Assembly: GCA_002104905.1 (NCBI GenBank)
Contig: MCFE01000544.1
Location: 1 to 60,031 of the forward strand
Direction: 5' to 3'
DNA from: Basidiobolus meristosporus CBS 931.73
Taxonomy: Eukaryota > Fungi > Basidiobolomycota
Length of the DNA stretch: 60,031 nucleotides
Shown one piece after another: positions 25,545 to 39,595 of this stretch. Under the pieces are notes generated by a model. The model had not been told where the DNA came from, ran no database searches, and saw only the letters and a list, made by a program, of their open reading frames with translations. The translations under genes were made by a program, and so were the position numbers. Each line of letters opens with the position of its first letter. Position 1 is the stretch's first letter.

Positions 25545-26570
25545 AGTTCATTCAGCAATAATTATGGGTAGCTGTTCAGGCTGGACTGTAATTTAGACCT
25601 CGTCACCAATGAGACTACTATCAGATTTCTGCTCTGATACTGTAAGATAGGTGGCAGATTAAGGTTGATAAGAGTCTGTGGCCAGCAGGATTTGCTGGTG
25701 GAGTACTTGTTTAATGAGAATCCACCCAGTGCCAGGGCAAAGGCATGGTTATTCATACCTTCATAGTAGTCCTAGCATCTTATTAGTGCAATGCTTGCCA
25801 TTGAATATATTGGAAATGATTGTGCTTGATTGAAACCAAGAGTGGTACTTTATAGCATCTCAATATTTGTCAGACAGCATGAACTTCTTAAGATAGTGTA
25901 TTACTGGAATATGCTCAGAGTCTGAACATTGTTTTCCTCCTATTGTGGTGGATTCCTGACAAGTTGGACACCTTGCAATGGTGGCATTTTCTGATGTGGA
26001 TGCCATACAAATGTTGATACATGCTGGTAGCAGGATGGTCCCTGGGTCTTATGTTGCCAGTTGTATGAGGTTGTCTATTTGAGCCATGTACCTGGTAAGT
26101 TCTATCCAGGAAGGATATTTGCATGAAGTATTAGAAGATTCTCAAAGCCGCCATGGCTAATAGTTGCAGAAATGTGCCACTTCTTGAGCCAGAACATTAT
26201 ATCATTAACCAGTAGATGCATCACTGGGTTCACTTGGCCCCATAAAGTAGCATTGGCATTTTTTGTACAGGCGTTGTCTCATTGCATGTTGGGGTTTTGC
26301 TGGGCTCAGGTGGGGTAATGTAGAGGAAATGAGCTCACAATCTATCAGTGGACCTTCTTCTTTGGAGCAGTCACTCTGCAAGCTATATTCAGGAGGCTGA
26401 GGTGAGCCTCATGTGTCACAGACTCACCTGACTCAGTTTGTGCAAGGTGACAAGTACAGCTAGGTGCTGTTATAGATGTATCAAATGGCTGCCAATATAT
26501 TGTTAGCAGAGTAGTAATTGATGCATGGTAAACTATGACTTGGGTAACAAATCACTGCCCATGACCCTGT
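25545..26570 (-). pseudogene. CMC transposase N-terminal half
   Basis: HAFALALGGFSLNKYSTSKSCWPQTLINLNLPP. Colinear with 1870-2910. Confidence 0.82.
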
Positions 26571-26652
26571 TGTGTTTTATTATGATTAGTTTAGGGCTTG
26601 TTCTGCAATGTAGAGGCTAATCAATAATATACAAAAACTTCCAGTATGCCAG

Positions 26653-29600
26653 TGTTACAAGTCTTGGTATAAGAGTTGTAGAGGACTAGGGAGTTTAGCT
26701 AGTATTGTATTCACTAAAACTTGAACTGATTTTTATTGAGGTTCCAGCAGCTCCTTATATACATTTTGCCAGATCAATTGCTGACTAATTGTATTTCCTA
26801 ATGTAGGTTGTGGCTGATGACTCATTTGATTGCATCATCATCACCCAATAAGATCCTACTTAATATATCTATTTCTGTCTGATAAGGATCTGCTGATTCA
26901 TTTGCTAACTAATGCTACTGATTTCATAGATTATACTGATATACTGATAACCTAAACATATACTAATTGATTTGACTAAAAACTGATCTAACTTAAACAT
27001 TCAAGTGGCAGATCATAACATTCTCCCCTACTAAAGTTGAGAGGGTTCTCCTGAATCTCTTTTCTTGTGATACCAATATCTTGATGGTTCAGTATTATCA
27101 GCAAGTCTTGCAAGCTTGAGTCTGTCCCTATGCACTAAGTCTTCCCGGATATTACCTTGCTTGTCCACCAGTTGGTAAGTTGCAAATGGACATTCTCTGA
27201 TGATCTTGAATGGTCCTGTCCATTGTGGCTCAAACTTCTTCCGAGTGTTGTTTCTTAGCAATACAAAGTTCCCAACTGTCAATGCTTCTGGTGCTATAGT
27301 CTTATCAAATCTCTGCTTCATCTTTTCTGCACTTTGAGATACTTTGGTCTGTGCCTCTTGACGTCTTTGTTCCAGCTGCTGGTGTCTACTTGGCTGACTA
27401 AGTTCATCTTCTAAGGCATCTGTAAGCTTGGGTTGTGTGAGATCTCCTGGAATCCTAGGTTCACATCCATAAACTAAGTAAAATGGTGATTGCTGGGTGG
27501 TGTTGTGTACTCTGACTCTGCATGCAAAGAGTGCTTGGTCTATATACTCATCCCATCTACTGACAACTCCATTTGCATACTTAGTCAGCATCTTTCCAAA
27601 TAATCCATTAAACCGCTCAGTGACTCCATTAGTTCTGGGGTGATATGCCAAGGTTTTCAAGTGTCTGATCTGCTGCATTTCCAGGTAAGCCTCTAATGTC
27701 TTTGCCATAAAGTTTGCACCTCTATCGGATAAGATCTCCACAGGGCATCCAAACTTCATCAGGATCTCATGGTAAATGAAACTTGCAACTTCTTGTTCAC
27801 TGGCTATTGGTACGGCTTTAGCAACTGGCCATTTAGTGGCATGGTCAATAGCTACTAGGATCCAACGGTTACATTTCCTGGTAGTTGGCAGTCTACCAAT
27901 AAAGTCAATTCCCCAACTCTCAAATGGTCTGACAGGCTCCAAAGGGAAGAGTTCGGCAATTCTTTGTGGCTGGCCCTGATTGATTTGGCAGTTTGGGCAT
28001 GTTTTCACTAGCTTCTCAATATCTTGTTTCATTCTGGGCCACCATGCTCTGGCTTTCACAAGGCTATAGGTTCCTTCAATCCCAAGATGTCCATATCCAT
28101 TGTGTAGCTTATGTATTAAATCCAGGCGAGCAACATAAGGACAATAGGCAATAGGGCTTCCATCAACAATTCGGTAGAGTGTTTCATCCTGTACAACAAA
28201 TTTGCTGGCTTCATCCCGGATTATCTTCTTGATGTCTTCATCCACCTCATTAGGAATGGCTTGGTCCTCCAAGTACTTTGGTAATAGGCTAGGCCAATCT
28301 GATTCATGTACCAAGTTGAGTTGTGCAACTTGATCTAATCTTGATAAGGCATCAGCAACCGTGTTGTTTTTTCCAGGGCAGTAGACAATCTCCAGGTCAA
28401 ATTGCTGAATGTATTCACTCCATCTTGTCATTCTTCTAGAGAGTACCTTCTGAGTAAATATATACTTGAGGGAGGCATGATCAGTCTTCACAGTGCATTT
28501 GACTCCTTCAATATAGCATCTCCATGTCTTCAAACAGTGTATTATAGCAAGCATCTCCTTCTCATGGACTGGATAGTTTTGTTCTGCTGAGTTCAGTTTC
28601 TTGGATTCAAAGGCAACAGGGTAGTCCTTTCCCTCGTGTTCTTGGCTCAGCACTCCACCAATTGCGTAATCTGAAGCATCTGTGCATAGAGTGAACTCTT
28701 TTCTGAAGTCTGGTATTCTTAAGCTTGGCAACTTAGCAAGTTCATTCTTTAGCGTCTGGAAGGCAGTCTCACAAGCTATGTCCCACTTGTAGGTATTGTC
28801 TTTCTTGAGGATATCAGTTAAAGGGGCTGCAATACTTGCAAATGACTTGACAAATCTCCGATAATAGGAAACCATTCCAAGGAAGGATCTGAGTTCTGAT
28901 ATGCTATGGGGCTGCTTCAAATTCTTGATTACTTCCACCTTCTTGGGGTCTAAGGTTACTCCTGTGCTAGTCACTATGTGTCCCAGATATTCTACGTGTT
29001 CCTTGAAGAATTCACACTTGGCTAGCTTGCCATATAGCTTGTTCTCTCTTAGTTTCTTCAACACCTTTTCAATGTGTACCATGTGATCCTTTTCTGTCTT
29101 GCTGTATATCAATATGTCATCCAGGTAGATTATCACAAACTTGTCTAAGTACTCCTGAAAGACAGTCTGCATCAGCGTCATGAATGTTGCAGGGGCATTA
29201 GTGAGGCCAAAACTCATGACTAAGTACTTGTAATGTCCATATCTGGTCCTGAATGCTGTCTTAGGGATATCTTCTGGTTTCACCCTAATCTGGTTGTATC
29301 CTGACATGAGGTCAATCTTGCTGAAAATAGTGGCTCCATTAAGTTGGTCTAAAAGCTCATCAATCCGAGGTATGGGGTACTTATTCTTGACGGTAACTGA
29401 GTTCAGGGCTCTGTAGTCAATGCACATCCTAAGTGTTCCATCCTTCTTTTTCACAAAAAGCACTGGTGCTCCCCAGGGTGACTTGCTGGGCCTGATGTAT
29501 CCTTGCTCCAATAGCTGATCAATTTGTCTCTTCATTTCCTCCAATTCCAATGGACTCATTCTGTAAGGTGTCTTGCTCACTGGAGGGCTATCTCCAGTGT

Positions 29601-31591
29601 CAATGGCATGATCCACGTCTCTGACTGGTGGTAGGCTTACAAGCTCATCTGGAAACACGTCTGAATATTTCTTCAAGAGAGTCTGGACCTGCTGGGGTGC
29701 TGGGGTAGAGGAATCCTCCTGTAATACCGCCATGAGGAACATCTTGGTACCTTTTCTAAGTGCTCTACAGAACTGGGTCTTGCTAAGTTCACTTGTCTCA
29801 CACACACTGGAATTGACCAAGTTGAAATCCAGCATGGCAGGTAATAGCTCATAGGTCTTGTTGTCTTTTTGAATCTGAGTAGCATGGGTTCTCCAGTTGA
29901 TTGATGGATTACGACAAAATAGCCAGGTTTTTCCAAGTACAAGGTCAAACTTGCAGTTCCCAAATATATAAGCCTGTAGGTCTTCTTCATAGTCATTGAT
30001 CTTCATTCTTACTGGCTGGGTAATACGGTTGATTATGTGGGAGTTCCCATCAGCTGTGGAGACTGAAGTTGATTTGGTAGGTTCCGAGTTGATTCCAGCT
30101 TTCAAAGCAAATTGCTCTGACATGTACTCATGCGATGCTCCTGAGTCAATCATGATCTTGGCAGGTACTCCATTGATTACTCCATTCAGGTACAATAACT
30201 TCCCTGAGTTTGAAGTCATTTGGGACAAGTACTCTTCTGTCATATGGAAGGTGAGTTCCGAGTCTTCTTCAAGCTCATCTTCCTCATTATTGTGTTCATG
30301 GGACTCAATATGGTTGAAGGTTCTTGTTGGCTGGTGTCCATTTCTTCTCTGAGGGCAGTACTTTGCAATATGTCCCTGCTGGTGGCAATTGAAGCAAAGT
30401 CCTCTCTTCTTGCATTCTTCTGAGGAGGGATTCTTCTGCATAGCGTCTATTTCCATTGGTACTGCTTCTGATTGTCTTCTTTCATAATGATTATAGCCTT
30501 TCTGATTAGTCACTGTAGGCTTCCCAACTCCAAACATAGCTGAGTCATAGTCAATGGCAATCTTGATGGCTTCTTCAATAGTCTGAGGTCTTCGGTAATT
30601 GACTTCCTTGCGAGTTCTTTCTTTCAACCCATCAATAAAGTATTCAACTTGATCCAAGGGGTCCATTCTTTCAATTTGTCCAAGTAGACATCTGTACTCA
30701 TAGATGTATTCTTGCACCATTCCTTTCTGTCTGAGTGTCTTTAACTTCCTTCTTAGTAGTGTCTGCTGGTGTGGAGGTTCAAAAGCATCCTGAATTTCCG
30801 ACACAAACTCATCCCAGGTAGAGATTGTAGAGCATCCCATCATAGTAGCTGACCTGATCTTGTTGTGGTACCACTGTAAAGCTGCATCTGCCAGGTAAGA
30901 AGCTGTATAATGCAACTTGCTCTCTGGAGCAATTCCTTTAGCTTTAAAAGCTTCTTCAATCTGAAAGAGCCAAGTTCCCAGGTTTTCATTGACTCTGCCA
31001 TGGTACCAGTTGACCTTCACACTAAAGTTGCTCTTGACAGGGCTTTGTTGGCTCTGAGCCATGGTAGTCATTCCTTGTTGCTGTTGGCTGAGGATCTGGA
31101 GTAGCTGTTGCTGTTGGGCCAGGATTTGCTGCATGGCATTCTTCCATTCTTGATTATCCGACATCTTGAGGGTGGTTTCTTCTTTTCTTCAGGAGGGAGG
31201 TTTCTGGTTATCGCTGCTACCAATGTTACAAGTCTTGGTATAAGAGTTGTAGAGGACTAGGGAGTTTAGCTAGTATTGTATTCACTAAAACTTGAACTGA
31301 TTTTTATTGAGGTTCCAGCAGCTCCTTATATACATTTTGCCAGATCAATTGCTGACTAATTGTATTTCCTAATGTAGGTTGTGGCTGATGACTCATTTGA
31401 TTGCATCATCATCACCCAATAAGATCCTACTTAATATATCTATTTCTGTCTGATAAGGATCTGCTGATTCATTTGCTAACTAATGCTACTGATTTCATAG
31501 ATTATACTGATATACTGATAACCTAAACATATACTAATTGATTTGACTAAAAACTGATCTAACTTAAACATTCAAGTGGCAGATCATAACA
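26653..31591 (-). mobile_element. Intact full-length Ty3/gypsy family B, copy 2, TSD CCAG
   Basis: LTRs 26653-27020 and 31224-31591 look identical (368 bp). PBS-like TGGTAGCAGCG, PPT, CCAG on both flanks and an uninterrupted ORF. Confidence 0.98.
27031..31164 (-). CDS. gag-pol: Single-frame Gag-Pol polyprotein, 1377 aa (CA, CCHC, PR, RT, RNase H, IN, GPY/F; no chromodomain)
   Basis: [64 protein letters not shown] and WTGPF. Confidence 0.98.
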   Translation of the reverse strand: MSDNQEWKNAMQQILAQQQQLLQILSQQQQGMTTMAQSQQSPVKSNFSVKVNWYHGRVNENLGTWLFQIEEAFKAKGIAPESKLHYTASYLADAALQWYHNKIRSATMMGCSTISTWDEFVSEIQDAFEPPHQQTLLRRKLKTLRQKGMVQEYIYEYRCLLGQIERMDPLDQVEYFIDGLKERTRKEVNYRRPQTIEEAIKIAIDYDSAMFGVGKPTVTNQKGYNHYERRQSEAVPMEIDAMQKNPSSEECKKRGLCFNCHQQGHIAKYCPQRRNGHQPTRTFNHIESHEHNNEEDELEEDSELTFHMTEEYLSQMTSNSGKLLYLNGVINGVPAKIMIDSGASHEYMSEQFALKAGINSEPTKSTSVSTADGNSHIINRITQPVRMKINDYEEDLQAYIFGNCKFDLVLGKTWLFCRNPSINWRTHATQIQKDNKTYELLPAMLDFNLVNSSVCETSELSKTQFCRALRKGTKMFLMAVLQEDSSTPAPQQVQTLLKKYSDVFPDELVSLPPVRDVDHAIDTGDSPPVSKTPYRMSPLELEEMKRQIDQLLEQGYIRPSKSPWGAPVLFVKKKDGTLRMCIDYRALNSVTVKNKYPIPRIDELLDQLNGATIFSKIDLMSGYNQIRVKPEDIPKTAFRTRYGHYKYLVMSFGLTNAPATFMTLMQTVFQEYLDKFVIIYLDDILIYSKTEKDHMVHIEKVLKKLRENKLYGKLAKCEFFKEHVEYLGHIVTSTGVTLDPKKVEVIKNLKQPHSISELRSFLGMVSYYRRFVKSFASIAAPLTDILKKDNTYKWDIACETAFQTLKNELAKLPSLRIPDFRKEFTLCTDASDYAIGGVLSQEHEGKDYPVAFESKKLNSAEQNYPVHEKEMLAIIHCLKTWRCYIEGVKCTVKTDHASLKYIFTQKVLSRRMTRWSEYIQQFDLEIVYCPGKNNTVADALSRLDQVAQLNLVHESDWPSLLPKYLEDQAIPNEVDEDIKKIIRDEASKFVVQDETLYRIVDGSPIAYCPYVARLDLIHKLHNGYGHLGIEGTYSLVKARAWWPRMKQDIEKLVKTCPNCQINQGQPQRIAELFPLEPVRPFESWGIDFIGRLPTTRKCNRWILVAIDHATKWPVAKAVPIASEQEVASFIYHEILMKFGCPVEILSDRGANFMAKTLEAYLEMQQIRHLKTLAYHPRTNGVTERFNGLFGKMLTKYANGVVSRWDEYIDQALFACRVRVHNTTQQSPFYLVYGCEPRIPGDLTQPKLTDALEDELSQPSRHQQLEQRRQEAQTKVSQSAEKMKQRFDKTIAPEALTVGNFVLLRNNTRKKFEPQWTGPFKIIRECPFATYQLVDKQGNIREDLVHRDRLKLARLADNTEPSRYWYHKKRDSGEPSQL

Positions 31592-31630
31592 CCAGTACTG
31601 AAATAGTTTATTGGGGCTTCTTGTATTGGT

Positions 31631-31740
31631 CTCTAAAGTGGACTTTACACTAAAGGGGTGCCTAAAGGGGCTTCTTTGGAGTAAAGGGGTATCTTAGAGG
31701 GATCTCTAAAGGGGTGTCTAAAGGGGTTTCCTAGAGGGGA
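31631..31740 (+). repeat. G-rich ~12-bp minisatellite (consensus TAAAGGGGTNYC)
   Basis: Seven G3-G4 tracts spaced 12, 19, 13, 12, 12 and 13 nt apart. Confidence 0.85.
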
Positions 31741-34700
31741 CATTGGAGACAGAAAAGTTGTAGTTTTCTTGTAGAGCTTAGATTGGATTCTTGTAAGCTT
31801 TGCCATATCTTTATTGATGTGATACCAAATAAAGTCAGCATACACAACAGTGCAAGTGATGTAGGGGAAGTCTTATAACCTTTAAACTTGTAATTGTGGT
31901 GTGGAAATTCTGGAAAGAGAGGCTCCCCTTTTATTTTTCAGCTAGGGAAGTCATTTATATGAAAATTCTGAAGGATCAAAGTTCTTGTGCAATTGCGCAG
32001 CAATCCATATGATTCAAAGCTAAAATCTTGCAGTGGTACAGATTGGACATAGGCACAGCACCTGTTAGAGTTTCATGAGACTTGATTGGCTGGTTCAAGA
32101 GGTACCTGCAATTGAAGTCACCATAGTAACCCTGGCAAGAGAGGCTTAGTATATATGGTAATTGGACTCCTTTCATTGTAACCCCTTAAGTACTGCTTCA
32201 AATGAGCTGTATTTTGAAGCATGTGTTGGCTACTGAGTGTTCTGCATGAATATTTTTGGATGGATTGCTTGTCAGGATCTAGAGCATTTGTCCTTTAAAG
32301 TTGGAAATTCTTGATCTTTTACTTGTGTGTTACAATAGTCAAAAGCAAAATAAAGAAATAAGTGCAATATTGGTTTTGAGATATGTAGTAATGGATTACT
32401 TTCCATTACCACTATCCTTGTCATACTTCCTATGCTGTCTGAATGGTTCATGGCTGAGAGGCTTGCTACAATAGCCACATATTCTTTTTCTCATCTCTTA
32501 TGGTGTTAAATCAAAGTAGCCTTCTCCATAGGGCAAACAGTTTGATGCTCAAAAACATAATGCAAATATATCGCTTTTTGTCAATACTCACATGGATTCA
32601 AGATAGTCTTGTATTTGGGACATTGCACCTGCATTAATGGAAAATCAATGATGACCCACCATAGCAAACATTTTAAATAAAGTTTTGGCATAACATACGC
32701 AAATATATGCTGCACTATATCCCCTTTGGTTTGACTCATTTCAACATATATGCCACCAAGAAATAAGGCAAAGTTGTCTGGTTCCCAACCAAACCCCATT
32801 GTTGACAGCTGTAGAAGAACTGCTAGCCAACAGCCTGCTTTGACATTCAGTGCAACAGGCAGGGCTACATCCAAAAATGGCAATGTCAACAGTGTGCCCA
32901 CTGAAGATAAAAATGTAGACTCCAAATACTCTGAGCTTAGTAGGCAAATGAGAATCTCTGTAGAGCTGCAAGCTGATCACAATGCTCAGGCAGATGAGAA
33001 TGTAGCAAATGCAGCACGTATCTGTCATAACTTTTGTAAATATTTGTAATTCCACCTAAATATTTACCTAATATAGTCACTTAGATCATTACCTTCATAT
33101 CCTAGAGAATACTGACCAAATTCCTTGTTGGATATACTTGAATACTTTCACCAAGATACCAGATACCCACAAAATGAAAATTCTCAAAGTTGTCCAAACA
33201 GCCCCAAACTTTGCACACATGTTCTTGGGACCTTCCTTAACCTATTCTAGGTGGTTGTAATGCCAAGACCATGTCAAGGTATATATACCACTTTTACATT
33301 CAATAGATCATTAAGTGCAAACCACATAATCTACTTGTCCTCCTAATAACTTCCAATATCTCCAAGTCTCTTACAACTGGCTATGAGCCCCTGGCTGTCA
33401 CTCCTTGCAATGTCTACTACTGATATTACTGGAGTTTCTCCCTCTGCTGAAAAGTTGGATAGATCTAACTACCAAGTGTGGAAGGTGAAGATGAAGATGC
33501 TGCTACAGGAAAGCGGTCTTTAGGATATTGTCATGGGAGAAGAATGCCCACCTAAAAACCTGGGAGAGGAAGCCTTAAAGTACCAGAAGAAAGAACAAAG
33601 TGCCTTTAACAGCATTTGCCTTAATGTAAAGGCAAATTGCTAGTTCAATGCTCAAGAGCAAAAACAGCAAAGTTTGCCTGGAGGGCATTATATGGCACCT
33701 GCTAGTCATGTTCAGCTGCCAAGAAATGAATCTGAGACAAAAATTCATTACTACAAATATGCAGCCTGGAGGAGAAATGAAAAATTTAATTTACAGAATT
33801 ACCCTGCTGGTAGATGAGAAGAAATCTGTGGGTGTACCAACTACTGATGAGGATGTGATAGTAACCATGCTGAATAGCCTGACAGATGAGTTTCAGGGCC
33901 TTGTATCAGCCCTAGAGTCCAGAACTGAAGATTTGACTTTGAATTATGTATATGGAAGGCTCCTGGATGCAGAACTAAGAAAATCAAATGCCAACAAGAA
34001 GGAAAAAGAAAATGCTTTAATAAACAATGTTAATCATGAAATGATGTACCCAAGTCTTTACAAAGGCAACAGCAACCTGTTTTGCAACTATTGCTAAAGG
34101 AAAGGACACACATCAGACCGGTGTCTCAAAAAGAGAGATAATCCGCAAAAGAAGCCTGAACATGAAAAACTGCAACAACTGAGGATAGACAACTCATATC
34201 TGCACTAAATACAACCTCAAACAAGGAGTTGTAAGGTGTGGTACACTGACTGTTGAGCATCTCAATACTTTGCACACCAAACAGGTCTTTTACCCATTAT
34301 CAAGAAATTCCAATTAAGAAGGTTTTCATAGGTGACAATAAAACACTTGATGAATTGGGAGAAGGAACTATCCAAGTAGACCTTAGAAGCAGTGAGGGAA
34401 GCCATACACTGACCTTTCAAGAAGTACTCCATGTACCAGGAATAGCCAAGAACCTACTATCTGTAGGTAAGGCAACTGCAGAAAGACTCAGTTTCACCTT
34501 TGACAATTCTGGATGCATGATCACCAATCAAAATGGTGCCCATGTTGCTTTGTGTATTGGAAATCAGAATCCATACAAGTTGACTTATATTCTGTCATTT
34601 CTGTAAGCCAATATAAGTAACCCAAACAAAGAAACACCAATGCTTTGGCACAGGAGATTTGGTTGCATCAATTTTGATTATTTGCACAAAATGATCAAAG

Positions 34701-35647
34701 ATCAGCTAATTTCTGCAGAAAAATTGATCCCCCAGCTAATTTGGAGCACAGTGAAGTCTTCATATATAGAAAACAAGCTAGACAGCTGTCAGGAGCTCTG
34801 GGTTGATCAAAACCAAGAAAAAACGAGATCTAGTTCACTCAGATCTGTGTAGATTTATACAAAATTTATCCTTAGGCAGGATGATATATTTATTCACTTT
34901 TATTGATGATTATACAAGATACACATGGGTCTACTTCATGGAGAGAAAGGAAGAAGCTCTTTCTAAGTTCAGGAAGCTTACAGTCATGGTGGAGAGAGAA
35001 ACTGGTGAAAAAATTGAGAAAATATGCTCTGACAATGTTTGAGAATATACCTCAAACCTCTTCATCCACTTCCATAAAGCTCATGGGATAAAGCAAGAGA
35101 CTACTGTATCACACTCCGCACAGCAAAATCAAGTAGCAAAATATGCAAACAGATCAATAATTTATATGGCAAGTTCTACAATCCATAATCAAATACTATC
35201 CTATGAACTTTGAGCAGAATCAGTTGCCACAGCTTTATACCTTGGAAATTGGAGTTATAATAGAATACTTAGTGATTCTGCTGAAATATTGGACTATTTG
35301 GTATCATTCAGCAGCTAAAAATTTACTTAACAATTCTAGGCTAGTCTTAGTCACTGTAGGACTCATTTACTGCCTTAACTTTGCCACTTTCTCCAGATAT
35401 ATGATCTTATGATTATTCCCCTATAGTCAGGATCAAATTAGCACTATTACCAAACATTATGTACTAACCCTGAAACTGTTACAGAATGCTCCTGAATATT
35501 GAGAAACCCTCCCTACTTAGTGTTGCAGCTGTATTACTTCTACAAAAGTATAAATACTGAGCTTCTTTATGAATAAACAACAGTTCAACTATTATCACTA
35601 TTTCTTGATAAGTTCCTTACATCCAAATCACTTCTTAAATTGCAACA

Positions 35648-35661
35648 GGTTATGAGCCCTG
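35648..35661 (+). promoter_or_regulatory. PBS for a half-molecule tRNA-iMet primer
   Basis: GGTTATGAGCCCTG is the exact complement of CAGGGCUCAUAACC, the anticodon arm of yeast-type tRNA-iMet (copia/Ty5 priming mode). Confidence 0.85.
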
Positions 35662-35684
35662 ATTGCCTTAATCTATTCTAAAGA

Positions 35685-38600
35685 TGACTTCTACCAGCAA
35701 ACAAAGCAATACAACATCTTCCCTGTAAAGGAGAGGTTTGATGGGAAGAACTACAGACTTTGGAGAATCAAGATGCAGATCCACCTTGAGGAAAGAAAGC
35801 TTTGGAACATAGTAACAGGAAAGGAAGTTGAGCCCAAAGGAACAGCAGAAGATGTGGAGAAGTTTCAAGAGAAGGAGAGAAAGGCCTTCAATGCAATATG
35901 CATCAATGTGCAAGACTCCTTCATTGGACAAATCCATGCCTCAAATACTGCCAAAGCAGCATGGGAATCCTTAGAGAAGATCTTTAGAGCAAAGTCAGTA
36001 TCTAGCAAGCTTTATTTAAAACAAAAGTTCTTCAACATGAGAAAAAAGCCAGATGATGACATGCTACAACTCATTACCAGAATGGAGACACTTGCAGAAG
36101 AACTTTACAGTATTAATGCTGGTGTAGATGATGAAGAAAAGATACTCTGTCTGCTTTGCAGCCTACCAGACGAGTATGAGCCACTCATACTTTCTTTTGA
36201 AAGCATAGAAGACAACTTGACTTTAGACTATGTCAAAGGAAGACTTCTCCATGAAGAACTCAGACGTAATGATCAAGCAGAGAAAATTGAAGATAATGCT
36301 TTATTCAGTTCAGAAAGGCATACAGAAAAGAAGGGAAAGCAACAAAACCGAAGAAAACCTGGCTGCTGTAACTACTGTAAGAAGCCAGGACACTGGGCAA
36401 GAGAATGCAAGAAGAAACAAGCAGACGAAAAACAGAAACTAGAGCAGGCAAACCATATAACTACTGATGAACAGTTATTTGTCACTGTACAAGAGAGTGC
36501 AAGTAACCGAAGTAATGAATGGTATATTGACTCTGGAGCATCACAGCATATTTGTGGTATAAAGGATTGGTTCAGCAACTTAAAGACTATTCCCGTAAGA
36601 AAGGTTTATCTGGGAGATAACTCTGCATTGGAAGCTACCGCTAGTGGGTCTATACAACTAAATATGAGTGATAACTCAGGGGCAACAACAGCAAAACTGA
36701 CTGACGTACTCTATGTACCTGGAATAGCTAAGAACCTACTCTCAGTCAGTAAAGCAACTACTCAGGGACTGAAATTTGTTTTTACTAAGCTGAGCTGCTC
36801 AATATTGAGTGAAAATGGACAAAAATTAGCTTTGGGAATCAGAGATCACAATATATACAAGTTACAATGCAAGATCATTGTACCTGAGTATGTCAACATT
36901 GCTGAAACTGATGAAACCAACTGGGAGACGTGGCATAGGAGGCTAGGACACATAGGGTAACAGAAAATGAGCCAATTGGTGAAAAATCAGCTTGTTTTGG
37001 GCCTAAAATACTCAATTCCGATCAAATTGAATGTTTGTAAGGGATGTTCATATGGCAAACAAGCTAGGCAACGTTTCAAGAGCTCAGAAGGCATTAATAC
37101 CACCAAAATATTGGCTATTGTACACTCAGACATATGTGGCCCCATGAGAACACTGTCCTTTGGAGCCAAGAGATACTTTATGACGTTTATTGATGACAAG
37201 ACAAGATATACATGTGTGTACGTCCTCAAAACAAAGGATGAAGCTTTAGAGACGTTTAAGCACTTCAAGAACGTGGCAGAAACACAAACTGGGTGTAAAT
37301 TGAAGGTACTACAAAGTGACAATGGAGGAGAATACTGCTCAAAGGAGTTTGCAAAATACTGCTTGTCTACTGGTATACTTCAACAGACCACAGTTCCTCA
37401 TACTCCACAGCAAAATGGAGTAGCAGGACGTGCAAATAGAACAATAGTAGAGATGGCAAGATCTATGCTACATGATAAGGGAATGGACTACAGGTTTTGG
37501 GCTGAATCTGTTGCTACCGCTGTATACATCAAGAACAGATGCCCAACAACAGCACTACGTGATTCTACACCCTTTGAAGCATATACAGGCAAAAAACTAG
37601 ATCTCCAGCACCTCAGGATCTTTGGCAGTGATGTTTTTTATCACATCCCTGACAAAAAAACGCTCAAAGTTGGAACCAAAGAGTAGAAAAGGGATCTTTC
37701 TTGGGTATTGTGAAGATACTAAAGGGTATAGAGTGTATGATGGCAAAATTCAGCAGCTGATCAAGAGCAGGGACTTTGTATTTGAGGAGAATTCAGATCA
37801 GAAAGCCACAGAAATCATTGGCCAGCTGCCTGATGATGCAATCAGCACAAATGAAGAAGATACGTACCAAATCCAGCCAGAGATGGAAGATACTTCTACC
37901 AGTTCCAGATCAGAACAGATTATCCCAGTTAGGAGATCTACCAGAATAAGAAATGCCCCTGGATCCTGGTGGCAGACATCCAATGATCATGAAGAAGCTT
38001 ATCTTGCCTTATGTGCCAAACCTCAGAATCTGGAACAGACAATGCACGGTCCAGATGCTACTAAGTGGCAACAAGCCATGCAGGAGGAGTACCAATCACT
38101 GATCAAGGCAAAAACGTGGGAACTGGTAGATTTACCAAATGGGAGAAAGCTAATAGGATGTAGATGGGTCTACAAGATCAAGATAACCTCAAATGGTGCC
38201 GTTGATAAGTACAAGGCTAGATTGGTAGCTAAAGGCTATTCCCAGATCCAGGGACTAGACTTTAAGGAAACATTTGCTCCGGTTGCCAAGTTTAACTCTA
38301 TTAGGACAGTTCTAGCCCTGGCAGCTGTACACAGTCTAGATCTACACCAAATGGACGTCAAAACAGCCTTTCTAAATGAGGATTTGCAAGAAACTATATA
38401 TATGGAGCAACCAGAAGGTTTTACCAATCCAAAAAGCCCCCATAAGGTGTGCAAACTTAGAAAATTGTTGTATGGGCTTAAGCAGGCACCCAGAGCATGG
38501 TATATCAAGATTGACACATATCTAGAGGAAATTGGGTTCTCTTGTAGCACTGCAGATCACAGTATATATGTGAAACAGCTCAAAAAGGGTGTGATCATCC

Positions 38601-39595
38601 TATTTCTTTATGTGGACGACCTAATTATAGCTACAAGTGATCAAGAGGAACTTAAACAGACAAAATCAGATATCTTCAGCAAGCTTGAGATGAAAGATCT
38701 TGGAAAATTGAGCTATTTTCTTGGAATTGAGGTCAAATTTGACATACCTACGCAGAAAACTGTGCTGAATCAGTCTAAGTACATCAGAGACATTCTTAGA
38801 CGCTTCAAAATGGAAAATTGCAAGCCTGCAGCAACCCCTATGGACAATAACCTGAAATTAAGCAAATCTCGGCCAGTTATGGATGAAAACGGCTCAAATA
38901 TGGACCAAAACTTTCCCTATCAATCAATGGTTGGTAGCCTAATGTACTTGATGGTGTCTACACGTCCAGATATTGCAGTAGCAGTTGGAATAGTCAGTCA
39001 ATTCATGCAGAATTATGGATCAGATCAAATTGCAGCAGTTAAGCGGATTTTCAGATATCTACAAGGTACCATAAATATGGTACTGGAATACTCTGGAGCA
39101 GCTAATAGGCAAAAATTTGATGGTTATAGTGATTCAGATTGGGGTAGAGATCTGATTGACAGACGCTCTACCACAGGCTATGTATTTCTTTATGCTGGTG
39201 CAGCTATTACTTGGAATTGCAAGAAACAACCAACTGTGGCACTATCTACAACTGAAGCCGGATATATGGCTGCATGTCAAGCAACTAAGGAGGCTATATG
39301 GCTACGATAATTATTCAAAGACTTAGGTTTTAATTCAGGTGAACCAACATGTATTTACAAGGATAATCAAAGTTGTATTTCATTAGCTAGAAATCCTACT
39401 AATCATGCCAGAACTAAGCACATTGATATACAGCATCACTTTGTGAGGGAAGCTGTAGAAAATAACTTAGTAGAGCTGGTTTACTGCCTAACTGACAAAA
39501 TGGTGGCAGACATATTGACAAAACCACTAGCTAGGCCACAGTTTGAGATCCTTAGAGAGAAATTGAGATTAAGAAATTATTTAGTTGAGGGGGAG
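35685..39595 (+). pseudogene. gag-pol: Copia D gag-pol with about four lesions
   Basis: FDGKNYRLW, CNYCKKPGHWAREC, WYIDSGAS, WHRRLGH, HSDICGP/DNGGEY, YVDDL and GYSDSDW. TAA at ~36958 and ~39308; probable 1-nt frameshifts near 35720 and in the A-run near 37655. Confidence 0.93.

Larger units (their letters stand above)
26571..32415. other. Unclassified ~0.9-kb insert (26571-26652 plus 31592-32415) in the CMC element, itself split by Ty3 B copy 2
   Basis: The CMC sequences on either side (26570 and ~32416) are contiguous in the copy at ~2910. The intervening non-B sequence has no match elsewhere in the window. Confidence 0.55.

Noticed and set aside
31631-31740. 12-mer array as interstitial telomere or CRISPR
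   Set aside because: The units are degenerate, have no unique spacers and do not match a telomere repeat I recognise.
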